From contig NC_087436.1 in NCBI RefSeq assembly GCF_036321535.1, positions 61,506,001-61,570,000 on the forward strand: a stretch of DNA of 64,000 bases. Reading direction: 5' to 3'. How positions within the stretch are numbered: position 1 is the stretch's first letter; every line of letters begins with the position of its first letter. Shown here piece by piece: positions 27,286-40,559 of the stretch. This DNA is from Camelus dromedarius (taxonomy: Eukaryota). The notes below the pieces were generated by a model that saw only the letters and a list, made by a program, of their open reading frames with translations, was not told the DNA's origin and made no database searches. A program made the position numbers and the translations under genes.

Positions 27286-27420
27286 TTTGCTCAAATTAAA
27301 ATTACTAATTTATATTGGTAGACTCTTTAGTGTAAGAGCATATTTCTGTGCATTTGCTCAAATTAAAATTACTAATTTATATTGGTAGACTCTTTAGTGT
27401 AAGAGCATATTTCTGTGCAT
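27286..27420. repeat. Perfect tandem duplication of a 67-bp unique sequence
   Basis: tttgctcaaattaaaattactaatttatattggtagactctttagtgtaagagcatatttctgtgca at 27286-27352 and 27353-27419. Confidence 0.97.
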
Positions 27421-29289
27421 AAATATCGATAATATCAAAATCAAATAATGGCCCTGATTCAGGTCTGGACAGGGGGTAGAAGGAGGAAGGTCAGCTACAG
27501 TTATTAGATAATATATAGTTAATATGAATAAGATAGAGAAAAAGACTGACTAGATGTTAGCTTGCCTGAATCCAATAACCTGAGCTCAGAAACTTTTTCC
27601 TTTAGAAAGCAGAAAGGGGATTGTAGCTGATTCTCATGGTGCCAGTTTGCAAGATTTAGGGCTGAACGTTAGTGTAACCAATTTTCTTGGAGCCACTTTA
27701 ACACTGTTGATCCTTAGGAGCCACATGCAACTTATTGATGGGTTGGGACATATTGAACCAACCATTTTCATATCACTTAATTTATCATAAAAATAGAGTA
27801 ATGTTAGAAGGGAGAAGCAGATGGGCTGAATCCAACTCATGATAAAAGGAAGAGAAATGCAGCAGGGATAGTCCTAGAAAAAGATCTTCAAGACTCTGAC
27901 TACTATACTAATAATGGTAATTACTAGAGTTAAAATTATTTAATAGGTATAAACATTCAATAAATGATCAGTTTGATTCAACAGTTGTTCTCCATTACTT
28001 CCCATTAGCAAAAAGGCTTCTATTGATCCTGTTGTAAAATAGAGACAGAGTTTTTTATCAACAGTTTTTCAGCGGTAAGCAGTAACTCCAACTAATTTTA
28101 TCAAGATAAAATTTTATTAGAGGGATGAGAGAGGTCTCAGTACAGTTGGGAGACAGGAGGCCTAGCCTAAGTGCAACTTACACCCAAGCCACACTTCAGC
28201 ACTGGCCTGATGATGAAACTGTTGCTGCCTTCATTGAATGCCAGTTGCGACAGTTTGTACTCTGCCAACTTCTCAACCTTATGGTAACTCTAGTGCTGCC
28301 AACTAGAGAGACTAGCTTTTGAATTGAAGCCTGACATGGATGCATGTGATTGGCAGAGTTCAGGTCCATGTTTACATCCCAGATTCAAGGGGACCTGGGA
28401 AGCAAATGCTTATATTTTCTCATTTCTGGGATCTATTTCTCCTGCTATGAAGACTTATAAAGTGTAAAGTTTCCCCACATCGGAAGAATGCTGAGATGAT
28501 AAGTGCTTAAAAGGAGCGATGATTGTTTAGTCCTTGACATCTTTATGTAAAGCCCTTTTGAAGAGCTCTGGCCTCTGGCCTTGTCAAAAAAAAAAAAAAC
28601 AAAAAAAAACAAGTTAAGTGGTCTCTAAATTTGCTCCAAGGATTCTGACTGATGGTATAACATTGTTGTTCAAATAATGGATCTCTCAGACATACTGACA
28701 TGCTCTTGAATGAAAATTTCCTATACTTATTCATGGAGGTGTGACTATCAGTAACTATCAGTATAGAGAGAAATATCTGGAGTTAATAATAGTATGTTTG
28801 ACACTAGTACTTGATACCAGTATGAACATGAAGAATGACCAAATGCTAAGTCTAATTTTTTTATAAATAAAAGAGGTAATTTTATTTTTGCTTATACATT
28901 TTATCCACAGATCTGAATTCTCTAGGTTCTTTTAAAGCTGTACTTCTGAAAGCAGACAAATAAAAGAATATATTATGCTGACCAGTGCATTGCATTTTCT
29001 TTATAGATGGAGTATACATGATTTAGCAGGAAATTTCTATGTTGTGAACTTCAAATTTTCTTCAATTATAATGTCCAAAATTATACAAATGTAGGCTCAA
29101 AATTTGTTTTCCAGGTGGAAGCAGTAATTATTTCTTTAAGTGATATGTTTTGATAATAGTGACTTAGGGAAAAGCCCATTCAACAAAGTTTGTGCAATTG
29201 GTAGCTGCATTAATATTGGTCATGCAATTGGTAATTTCTCTTATATGCTTTTAATAAGCAAATCACATACAACAAGCTTGTGAAGTCAA

Positions 29290-29890
29290 GGCCTTACTGA
29301 TTCAGAATCAGATAGATTTATTTTCCAACCCTGGATCTTTTACTTAACAGCTTCCTTACTTAATTTATTTAACCTCTCAAGTCTATTTTCTTACCTATAA
29401 AAGTGAGAATGATAATTGCAATGGACTGAATGTTTGTGTCCTCCCAAATTTCATATGTTGAAATTCTAACCCCCAATGTGATCATATTAGGAGGTAGAGC
29501 TGTGATAGTGATTAGGAGGTGGGTCAAGAGGGTGGAGCCCTCATGAATAGGATTAATGTCCTTACAAAAGAGACCCTGAGAGCTCTCTCACTGTTTCCGT
29601 CATGTGAAGACAGTGGAAAGATGTTTGTCTATGAACCAGGAAATGAACATCACCAGACATTGAATCTGTCAGTGTCTTGACTTTGGACTTTCCAGCCTCT
29701 GAAATTATGAGAAATAAATTTCTGTTGTTTACAAAGCCACCCAGTCCATAGTATTCTATTATAGTAGCCCAAGTGAACTAAGACAATGATACCTTCCTTG
29801 AAGGATTTCTGTGGGTATTTAATGAGAATTTAAGTCAAGAGCACATTGCATGGACATGGGTACTTTGTGATCTCAATGCTTGTGGTTATT
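29290..29890 (+). mobile_element. MIR SINE split by an MLT1A LTR
   Basis: MIR core '...tttaacctctcaagtctattttcttacctataaaagtgagaatgataat' resumes as 'accttccttgaaggatttctgtgggtatttaatgaga'. Confidence 0.7.
29417..29785 (+). mobile_element. Complete MaLR solo LTR (MLT1A/MLT1A0-like)
   Basis: TG...CA ends ('tgcaatggactgaatgtttgtgtcctcccaaa...gaactaagaca'), internal AATAAA, 5-bp TSD ataat/atgat. Confidence 0.92.
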
Positions 29891-30305
29891 TCAATTTTTC
29901 AATGAAAATACTTACATGCAAACAAGGGGCAATAAGTAATATGAAAATACCTTTAAAATGCTTATCACAGAGACTTTATGCTTTCTAAAAGAAATGAAAA
30001 AGCATTGCTTGGAGACTCCAAATTCTGTAATCTGTAAGGAGAACTTAAGTAGTTTCTTCAGTATGACATTGGGGTATATACATTAGGGTCACCACCAAAA
30101 TAATGGAGCTAAGATTGAATAAGCCAGGCTGAGGCAGGTAACCGTGGGGCAGAAATGGTTAGGTATGAACAGTGTAATGATCAGAATTACTAAATAATTA
30201 TCTGAAACTCAGGTAGCAAGGCCAGTGGAACTCCTATTTAACTTTGTGTGGCACTGATCTGAAGCACAGAGTGTCTTAATTTTCATATTATAAGTTTGAT
30301 AAACA

Positions 30306-31428
30306 ATGGAATGGGAGAAAATATTTGCAAATGATGAGACTGACAAGGGCTTAATTTCCAGAATATATATACAGCTCATACAACTTAATAAGAAAGAAAC
30401 AAACAACTCTATTCAAAAATGGGCAGAAGACCTAAACAAACAATTCTCCAATGAAGGCGTACAAATGGCCAAAAGGCACATGAAAAAATGCTCAATATCA
30501 CTAATTATCAGAGAGATGCAGTTAAAACTACAATCTCACACCAGTCAGAATGGCCATCATTCAGAAGTCCACAAATGATAAATGCTAGAAAGGCTGTGAA
30601 GAAAAGGGAACCCTCCCACACTGTTGGTGGGAATGTAGTTTGGTGCAGCCATTATGGAAAACAGTATGGAGATTCCTCAAAAAGCTAAAAATAGACTTAC
30701 CATATCAGCAATCCCACTCCTAGGCATATATCCAGAGGGTACCTTACTTCAAAAAAATACATGCATGCCAAAGTCCCTAGCAGCACTATTTACAGTAGCT
30801 AAAACATGGAAACAACCTAAATGTGCATCGACAGATGACTGGGTAAAGAAGATGTATATTTATACAATGGAATACTACTCAGCCATAAAAAAGAATAAAA
30901 TAATGCCATTTGCAGCAACATAGATGGACCTGGAGATCGTCATTCTAAGTGAAGTAAACCAGAAAGAGAAAGAAAAATACCATATGATATCACTTATATG
31001 TAGAATCTAAAAAAAAAAAAGACATAATGAACTTATTTACAAAACAGAAACAGACTCACAGACTCACAGACATAGACTCATAGACGTAGAAAACAAACTT
31101 ATGGTTACCAGAGGCGGAAAGGGTTGGGAAGGGATAAATTGGGAGTCTGAGATTTGCAGATACTAATTAATATATATTGTAATATATAATATATTATATA
31201 TATGTTATATGTAATATAGTATATATTATACTGTATAGCACAGGGAACTATATTCAATATCTTATAGTAACTTATGGTGAAAAAGAATATGAAAACAAAT
31301 ATATGTATGTTCATGTATGACTGAAGCATTATGCCATACACCAGAAACTGACACAACGTTGTGAACTGACTATATACTTCAATTAAAAAAATACAGAAAA
31401 ATAAATTGTAGATTATACATCACAAAAA
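30306..31428 (+). mobile_element. 5'-truncated LINE-1 (ORF2 C-terminus plus 3' UTR)
   Basis: Translations MEWEKIFAN..., AIPLLGIYP..., YTMEYYSAIKKN; 3' UTR and A tail; TSD aagtttgataaaca (30292-30305) / atgtttggtaaaca (31429-31442). Confidence 0.97.
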
Positions 31429-31547
31429 ATGTTTGGTAAACAGCAGTTCACCAGGCACTTTAGAAAATGACACTATTTAATAACATCAGAATAAGAGGCA
31501 GCAGGTGCTAATATGAAAAGGACTTTGAAACTTCTCTATACATGTGC

Positions 31548-31645
31548 ACATGTGTGTGTGCCTGTGTGTTCGTGAGAGAGAGAGAGAGAGGGTGAGAGGG
31601 AAGAAGGAAGGTAAGGACAGAGGAGAGGGAGGAGAGAAAAAAGTG
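31548..31645. repeat. (TG)n/(AG)n and purine-rich low-complexity tract
   Basis: Read directly from sequence. Confidence 0.85.
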
Positions 31646-34539
31646 AGAGTTAAAAGACATTGAATTTCACACTAAGGAGCTTGACTTGAAAATCTCTCCC
31701 TTACTAGCTAGCTCGGTATGGTATTTTACTCCTTTCACTATTACTATTTTTATTAAAACAAAAATAAAATAATACTTTTCAAAAGATTGCAGTCCTCATT
31801 AATTGAATTCAAGCACATAAGCACACTTAGAACAGGTGGGTAAATACTGGATGCTCAATAACTGTTGAATCTTGAAATGCTATATTATTATATATAGGTG
31901 TTACTATATATATGTTCTGATTGGTCAGTGCTTTTTATGGACAGGTAGTTAAAAAGTTTGACAATCCCCTGATTATTGAAATAAATTTTAGCACTTTGCT
32001 GTACTTTTATCTGTAAGAATTAAGGCATTCCAAAAGATAGTTAGTGCCAATGATTTTCTTCTAGAAACAAACCAAATGTTTTTCTCCTAACAGGCTATGT
32101 TCCTCTTTCCTCCTCTTCTCACAGTCCATTTGTCCTAATGCCTAGGCATTCTTAATATATTTGAGCTCTTTCTGGAAAACCCAGTAGCCATTTCCACAAA
32201 GGTTCCCTTTGCATGCACTGTTTCTCCTCCTGACCTCCCCTGTGAAATGCAGTTGAATTATTTATGTGTGCCATGCTTCACAAAGTGGAGAGCAAGAGGG
32301 GCCACTAAACTTTACTCCCCAACTGGTAGAAGTCCATAGGAAAAAAAAAAAAGGTAGCCCAAATAAATTACTTAGTAGAATGAAAATCAATGACATCTTT
32401 TATCAAATGCTGTTAGCTCAGGCCTCCAAGTGTCAGGAAGAACACATCTAAAACATTTGGTCCATTCAAGTGAAGGACAAAAAAGTGCTCTTTTCAGGGG
32501 CACTAAGGCCAAGGGAACTCTAGTTAAATAAAATCAGGCATAAGATGCTGACTGGAATTGAAGTCCTCCAATTCCTTTGATTATTCGCATGGATGAGCCC
32601 AATAAGAACTCAACTTCTAATGACAGAGCCTCTTAGTCGGAATGTTTGCTTTTGGAGGTAATAGAAAGCTGATGAAATCCAAGAAATTAAGAACACTACT
32701 AAGGTGATTTTGTCCATTCATGGTGGAATTTCGAGAAAAAAAAATATTCTGTGAAGGATAGTGGCTTCTTCCCTTTCTGTCCTCTGTAGATATTTATTTG
32801 CTTATTATGGGATAGAAACCTATATAAGTTTTTTTTTTCTTTTTTAGAGACCTAAAGATTATCAATCACAGCCAATGCTCCAAGCAAACAAAAGGTGAAA
32901 GTTTTTAGTTCCTATTTGTTTCCTGTGAGATTTTGAAATACAACTTCATAGTATTAATTACAGTCAAGTTTGATGAAACCATAGGGCAAAACAATTGTGT
33001 TGATTTAATTTTATAAGAGACTAAGGTTTCAGTGAGAATTTAATTTTCTTTCTTCTGCAGGTTAAGTTACTGAAAGTGTACAGTGGATTCAGGTAACATA
33101 GGCCGTTTTTTTTTTTTTTTTTTTTTTTTTGATTTAGTTTTGCACAGTTGCCTCAGAGAATTTCCAAATTGAAGAGGAGAGATGTGGATTGGTAACTTTT
33201 CTAAACAGAATGTTGCTAAATACAGAAATTGGATGAATCAACACAAGTCTTTTGCCACCCATGGGAAATAATTCAAAAGTTCATGTTCCACCGATGGTGG
33301 GGCCGGAGTATTGTCTTCATAGGAAAATAGCACATTATACTTATTTCTGTTTTCACTATTAAGTCTTTGTTACCTTATGCAAACCATCTTGGAAAAGGAA
33401 TTTAATAATAAAGAGAAGTGTGTGTGCTTCCTTTCCTAAGCTGGACAAAGGCACATTTCCCTGCTTGAGTTACTCTACCCACTAAAAAATAATTCACGTT
33501 TGCCCAGTTTACATTGTGCTTGAAATTAGAGTTTAAAAGGATCTATTTATTATGCTTGCTTTAGATTTTGCTTGGTATTTTGAGGCCTAAATTTATGCAA
33601 TTATACTTCTAAGACTATAAACTTAAACTTACAAGACTATAAAATTGATTTCTTAAAATATACTTCATCATATACATAGCCTGTGTATCATGATGCATTA
33701 TATTGGGGTATGTGTATTCCTTTTCCTGAATAGTGTTCCCTTGTCTTCGCTTTTTATGATTTGGAATTCCTTAAAATTAATTAGAAAATATTTGCTGTGC
33801 ATTTTTATGGAGAGAGGATCCAACTTCCCTTGGCTTCTCGAAACAGAGTATAACCTTCTCCCTACATGCTTATTAACCATTGTTTTCTTTACTATCCCCC
33901 TCTAGACAATCTCATCCTTTTCAGAATCGCAGTTAGCAACTAATGCCTATGACTCTCAATGATTGTATCTCAAGCTCTTCTGAGCTCTACATCTTTATAT
34001 AAAAGACATTTATACCAGCAAGTTCAAACTAAATTAGTTTTTCTCTCTTCTCATCTGTCCTCTCCCAAAACATGTTAAAACTTGCAATCCAAACAAAAAA
34101 ATCTCAGTTTTTCCTTGTTCTTGCATCCCTGTGTCCAGTTACCACCTTCTTCGAGTCTGCTTTCTAAGTCATTTTCATTGCCCTTCTCTTTTCTCCTTTC
34201 CTGCTGTCTTTGTCCTCGGAAACTATCATCTAGTCCAGCAATCTCTGAAAAGGGATACACACACATTTGATGATGCTCCTTGAAAGTCAGAGAAAACAGT
34301 TTAGAATTTCTATTTCTGTTTATTTTTCTTATCCTTTTAAGTTTCCAAGTGAACTCTGTAACATGTACTTTACATATGTCAATATATGTTATAAGATATG
34401 CCTGTAGTAGAGAGTACAGGCTCAATTTTTTACTGATAAGATTGCATGATCAAAAACTTTTGGAGGCCACTGAGCATTGGTGGAATCTTCTAACCAGTTG
34501 CCTTGTCTCTGTACTTACATTCTCCAATACTTTTGTATT

Positions 34540-35045
34540 ATTAAAAATCCTTTCCATATCAATTGGATAGGATCAGACTTTGTTTTTGGCAAGATAAACT
34601 ATGCTCTTCATTATTTACTCTAAATAAGACTCTTCCAGTCTCCTGTCTCACCGTGTCCCCATATACAAGTCAAGGGGAGCATTAGTATTCTTCCAGTTAA
34701 TCCTTCACTCCATGACTTGGCTCTACCTGTTGTTCTTTTTGTGTGGGAAGAGCCTTTTCTTCTTCACCTAGCAGACTCCTGCTCTTTCAGACTCTGGTTG
34801 AAATCACTTCCTCCTGAAGCATTTCTTGACTTGAGCAGAGCTAGTCATGTCCTTTGTTTTATACATGAAGCAATTTACCCACAGTGCTATTATAGCACGA
34901 GTGGGATTCCATTTTTAGGTGTTTGTTCAAAATTTTCTTTCTTCCTCTAGACTGTGTCCTTAGATTCTATCTTATTCATCCTTATATTCTCCAGCACTCC
35001 TAGATCAATGGTTGCCATTGTAAGGCAATCAATAAATGATCTTTT
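34540..35045 (+). mobile_element. L2 3' fragment
   Basis: 'tcacttcctcctgaagcatttcttgac...cctctagactgtg...tcttattcatccttatattctccagcac...tcaataaatg'. Confidence 0.7.
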
Positions 35046-35320
35046 AATAATATGTTAATTTAGTGGAAAATAAGAGTAACGAATGGTATTGCTGTTAGAA
35101 ATTTCATATTATTCTGATATATACATTAGAAGAGGTCAGACTTGATGTTAAGATCAATGAAGTAATCTAGTGGTGCCGTATTAAACCAAGAACACTTTTT
35201 CAGTGTATTAATCTGAGTAAGGTGTAATTTTTTAATTTCAGGGATGAATTCAGAAGGGCATGTTCTTTTACCTTTTCACAGAGATACCTACCTATGTGGG
35301 GTAAAATATGCTTGACATTT

Positions 35321-36287
35321 TAATTTCATTTTATTTTACTGTAGAAAGAATATTTAACATGAGATCTACCCTCTTAACAATTTTTAAGTGTATAATGCAT
35401 TATTGTTAACTTGTATACTGTTGCACTGCAGATCTATAGAGTCTATACATCTTGCCTAACTGAAAGTTTGTGCACATTAATTAGTAACTCACCATTTTCT
35501 CCCCTTGTCCCCTAGATGCTGGCAACCACCATTCTACTCTTTGATTCTATGAATTTGAGAATTTGACTATCTTAGAAAGCTTATATTAGTGGAATCATGT
35601 GGAATTTATCTTTCTGTGATGGGCTTATTATACTTATTAGAATAATATCCTCAAGATTCATCCATGTTGTCACATATCACAAAATTCTCTTCTTTTTAAA
35701 GGATGAATAGTATTCTATTATATGTACATACCATGTTTTCTTTATCCATTCTTCTGTTGATAAACATCTAGGTGGTTTCCACATTTTGACTATTATGAAA
35801 GTCAATATTTGGTGCTGCAATGAATATAGGATTGCTAATATCTCTTTGAGATCCCAACTTCAATTCTTTTGGATAAATACCCAGAAGTGGAATTGCTAAA
35901 TCATATGGTTGTTCCATTTTTAATATTTTGAGGAACCTCCACACTGTTTTCCACAGCAGCTGCACCATTTAGCATTCCCACCAACAGTGTGCAAGGGCTT
36001 CTGTTTCTCTACATCCTTACCAACAGTTGTCTTTTGTTTCTAATCTCTAAAATATGCAAGAAATCCCTATAACCCTATAGTAAGAAATACAAAAAACAAA
36101 GTAAGACAAAAAACCAAAAACTAGTAACTTGGTTAAAAAATGGGCTAAGAACTTGAATATAAGAAGACATACAAATGGCCATCATGTATATGAAAAAATG
36201 CTCAACTTCATTAATCATCAGGGAAATGCAAATAAAAACCACAATGAAATATCACCTTGTATCAGTCAGGATGACTATTATAAAAAT
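35321..36287 (-). mobile_element. Old LINE-1 (L1MA/MB-like) with 5' inversion
   Basis: Minus-strand 3' part 35321-36040 ([14 protein letters not shown]...[11 protein letters not shown]) followed by a plus-strand adjacent ORF2 piece 36041-36287. Confidence 0.9.
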
Positions 36288-37289
36288 ATATGTATGATAT
36301 TTAAGCAAACATTAATACTGTTCCCTTTTGTACAAAGACCTAGTCAGGAAGAAATCAGTGGGCCAAAGAGGTGACTTGAGGGATTCTCACTTTTCCCAGT
36401 GCACTTAACTGAGAGTAAAGAAGGAGTCCCTATAGGTACAGACCATTGTTCAGTAGCCATGAGTTCTTAGACTGTTTTGTCTTTTCCTCTCCAATTAGGG
36501 TAGATTCAGCTCTGCTTCGATGATCCCAACAAATGATATAAGTTCTTTTCCCTTAAGATGTCCCGGGCACTAAGTTTTATAGCACTAGATCAGTGTAGAC
36601 AAGAGTCAGGAGCATATCAAAGCAAATCAAGGATGGCCAAGCATTCATAAAACTCATTGTTTATTTTAAAACATAAGGCTAAAAGTTAGTTACCCACTTA
36701 ACATTTCAGTGTTAGCAGAATATTCAAACTATTCTCAACAGATTGCATCAGCAAGCTTCACATCTGTAGTCTATAGCCTTAAGTACTGTGGGGAATGGAC
36801 TGATAGCCAGAGGATATCTTATCACAAAGTATTATTTGTTTGGAATGCAGTAGGTCCCAGGTAGGGTAGGGAGTATACAGAGAATAGTCAAGAAAATACT
36901 AAGATAAGCAGTAATTTGGTTTGTCTGTGTTTTATTTCCATGATTTAACTGTCATCTTCTTTTTTTCACTTTCTGTATATCTCACATTTTTTACCTTCTC
37001 TAATTGCATTTTGTTATGGGAAACGCTTCTTGTTGGTAGTAAAGATATCACTGTATTTCAAGTCATATGTTATTAGGGTTTACTATGATTTTTTTTTCTT
37101 TTTAATAAGCTTTAATTTTTATAATAAAAGATTTAAGTGTATTTTTGGCTAAAATTGGCAGCTAAAAGCCATTTTTACATTGAAATATTTCCTGAACTCT
37201 AAGGCAGAGATTTTTATTCCAACTATGATATCCTAGGACTTTATAAATATGTCTTTTTGGGGACACTCACTATATTCATTATAGTTATT

Positions 37290-37420
37290 TTTTATGTTTG
37301 ACATCACAACCCTAATATAATCTCCATGAAGGTAGATGATGTATTTTATTCATTTCTGTATTTTTCTCAGTGCCTGACACACAGTATGTGTTTAAAAAAT
37401 GTTTATTGAATAAATAGATA
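37290..37420 (+). mobile_element. L2 3' end
   Basis: 'ctccatgaaggtagatg...cagtgcctgacacacagta...aaatgtttattgaataaat'. Confidence 0.75.
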
Positions 37421-37609
37421 ATTAAATACATAAGTACATGAAAATGTGATTTCTGTATTTCTCAGAGCATCATAAACAGTATCACGATCATTACAAGTGC
37501 TCAATAAATATATGAAAAATTATTGAATTATTTTGTGAATACCTCTTTACTTTTATTGACTGAAACCCTACCTGCAATGATTGTTCCTTGAGTCTTGTAT
37601 TTATAGGAA

Positions 37610-37825
37610 GAGGAGGCAATAGAAAAAGCACTGACCGAAGAATCAGTTTTTAGCTCTGGTTCTGGAATTATTTTTTGGTATGATTTTGGGCAATTCGTTT
37701 TTACCTTTACAACTCTCAGTACCTTCATGTGTAAAACATGCCCTGCACTCTTACTGGGTTGTGCTGAGAATGAAATGGGATACTCTATTTTGTAAATAAA
37801 AGAGCCCTGTAAATGTATGTGATAA
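37610..37825 (+). mobile_element. MIR SINE
   Basis: 'tgattttgggcaattc...ctcagtaccttcatgtgtaaaac...gggttgtgctgagaatgaaatg'. Confidence 0.7.
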
Positions 37826-38929
37826 GTTGGAATATTGGGACTGTAATTTTGTTCCGCCAAGATTAACTTTCTCCATTCAAAAATGATTTGAAAGACATTT
37901 TTTTGTTGTGGTCAAACCAGTTAGGAATGCAAATAAAGCCTTTGTTTAAGGTATGAAAGTACATGTTGTTTAATATTAACTTAAAATATTTTATTAGTGC
38001 ACAAAAATATTTTGATAAATGTAAGAAAAAATTAGAAAAGAATATGTATGCTAAAAGTAAAAATTCTAATTCATGGTAAATTATACATTCTAGGGAAGTG
38101 TTATAAAAACTAAATGTGCCTAAGTATTTCTCCTCCAGCCAGAAGTGATAATCAGGGGTTGTTACGTATTTTATTTTATTTTTCACTGGAAGACAAGTTC
38201 CAGGTTCATAGCTATGTTGGAGGTAATTCAATTTTTGGCAAAACATATACACCAAAATCCAGGTCCAGAACTTGGCTCTATCAGAATTTCCTTATTTCTT
38301 TGGCAACTTTTATTCTATACAAGTATTCTGAACATTCATATTCAACATTGTCCTCAAGTCATGAAAGCAACTCTCAATAGAATTCAGTAAATTATATTCA
38401 TTTAATTATCCCAATATTAAATTTTAATTAAAAATTTAAATAAAATTAACACAAAATTTGAAGCAGATATCTAAGTATCTGCTTCCCTAGGAAGTTTTGA
38501 AAGGCCAGGCATGAGAGCAACAGTAATTAAAGACTTAGCAGCAACCCGTTTGAGTGTCTGAAATAGCCATTTAATTTACGTTAGGATTTAATACAACTAC
38601 TCTTGAACTAGCTGTTAAGTAAGTATCCACTCATTATTAAAAAAGAATAGTTGAATATTAGCATTTAGCAATTTTGATGAAACATACTCTGTATTCAGAA
38701 AGATATTTCCCCCAAATATGTATGAACACATATTTAGTAAATGCTCCCATCTCTTTATAAAAATGTCATGCTCGTATGTTCAGTAAATTAAGGAAATTTG
38801 TTGATATAATAGAAAGTACTAGAATAGCAATTATAAAGTATACTTTTGAAAGAGTATTTAATATAGCATTTAAGTATTCAGCAATATTTTAGTTTCATAT
38901 ATTACAACTCTAATAAATACCAATTTGAA

Positions 38930-39270
38930 CATTCAATCAGTAGTTATTGGACACCTATTGGATACTGCTATATTAAAAGCATACTGAAGATTCCATGGGG
39001 TATTTTATGAGAATGTAAAATATATTTTTTTGCTTTCTAAATGCTTGCACTAAAATAGGAGGGATACAAAGTAGAAAATAATAAGAACCAAAATAAGTCA
39101 GATAAAATACTAAGGTTATTTAGAAAAAAATGCAAAATTACATCTGGCTTGAGTGACTGAAGGAAATGCTATGAAAAAACCATTTTAACTAGTCCTTGAA
39201 GGATAAAATATCAGAACATATGAAAATAGAGGAAGAAAAACTAACTAGATGTAGAATAATTTGAACAAAT
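38930..39270 (-). mobile_element. Degraded L2 fragment
   Basis: 'cattcaatcagtagttattggacacctatt' (antisense L2 3' end) and 'tagtccttgaaggataaa'. Confidence 0.5.
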
Positions 39271-39729
39271 TAAATCCAATTATATAAATATGAACTTACA
39301 AAGCTAATTATTGGGGGAATAATTAATTAAAAGCAGAAGGAATCTTCCCCTTAGTGAAAGATTTATTATATGTCTCTTTAAAAAGCATCTAGGTAGACTT
39401 GAAAATTTTAGTCACTTTTAAGCAGAGGTACTTGAAGGATATCTATTTTGGAAAATGAGGACAGCTATACAATTAATATTTAAAGAACTCTATCATATAC
39501 TTCTCTCATTTAATTTGAGTTTATGAAAACATAATCTTCATGTCAGTGCCCTTTAGTGATTAGCCTCATGCAGTGTTACCTTTTGCAAAACCTAGAATCT
39601 GAAACACAGCAGTCAGGAGGAAATATAATCTTTGAAAATGTAAAATTTTACCGAAAATGGGATGCAAATAATAACAAAAGGAAAAAAAAATGATAGTAGT
39701 ATCAACCATATGCTATATACTTTCAGAGA

Positions 39730-39930
39730 GATTGTGTAGTGCAAGGATCATGGATTTTAAGTCATAGCATGGTTTCCTGTCATTTCTACAGTTATCTCTG
39801 TGACTTTATGCAACTTACTTAAATTTTCTAAACTTCAGTTTCCTCAACTGTAAAACAGAAATCTCAGTGTTTACTCTATATGATCAAATGTGTTAACATA
39901 GAAGTAAAATGATTAGCATTAATAGAAGCA
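39730..39930 (+). mobile_element. MIR SINE
   Basis: 'ctgtgactttatgcaacttacttaaattttctaaacttcagtttcctcaactgtaaaacag'. Confidence 0.85.
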
Positions 39931-40559
39931 AAACAAATATTAACTTCTCTCATCCTCATAATATGTTATCTCATATAACAACCTGGTAACTTAAGTATTT
40001 TTCATTTAAACTCTTACCACAATGGGCTTTGCACTGGTCTAGGACAGGGTACAGTAGAGAACAAAATAAACAGAAATATCTGTATTCATAAATATTTCAA
40101 AGGTAGAGGTTGTCAATAAACCAGTAAAGAAAGAAAGAAAGTGCTTAGTATTGTTTTTTTTCCCCTTGAATTTTAGTAACTCAACTAGAATATTCCTCAA
40201 TTTAGATTGGTTGGTTTTACTTTTATTTGAAACATGTAATCTCTTTTTGATTTGCAGACTTATTTCATCTTTTGTGTTAGAAATAGTTTATTCAGTGATT
40301 ACATTTTATCTTCCTTTGTTGCTTTTCCTGAAAATTTATGATATTTAAAGTTCAGTAGGTTTGCACAAATTTGCGTTTATAAAGTTATAAAATCACATAG
40401 ACTGAAGTTGGTGCACTAGTGAAAACTGCATAGAATTACTATATTAAAAGCATTTCAAAACTAAAATGGAGGAGGAAAATATATGATGTATTTATTTAAG
40501 CACCTACTGTCTTTTAAAATACGTATCTCTATATAGTTTTCACCTTGTCTATGATTTCG

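Noticed and set aside
27286..27420. Direct repeat as possible CRISPR-like array
   Set aside because: Only two abutting copies, no spacers, eukaryotic context.
37528..38390. Adjacent 110- and 130-aa minus-strand ORFs
   Set aside because: The first overlaps a MIR; the second is AT-rich low-complexity translation without known motifs.
38460..38485. 10-bp inverted repeat gaagcagata / tatctgcttc with 6-nt loop
   Set aside because: Isolated; roughly one such stem is plausible by chance and there is no TSD or family match.
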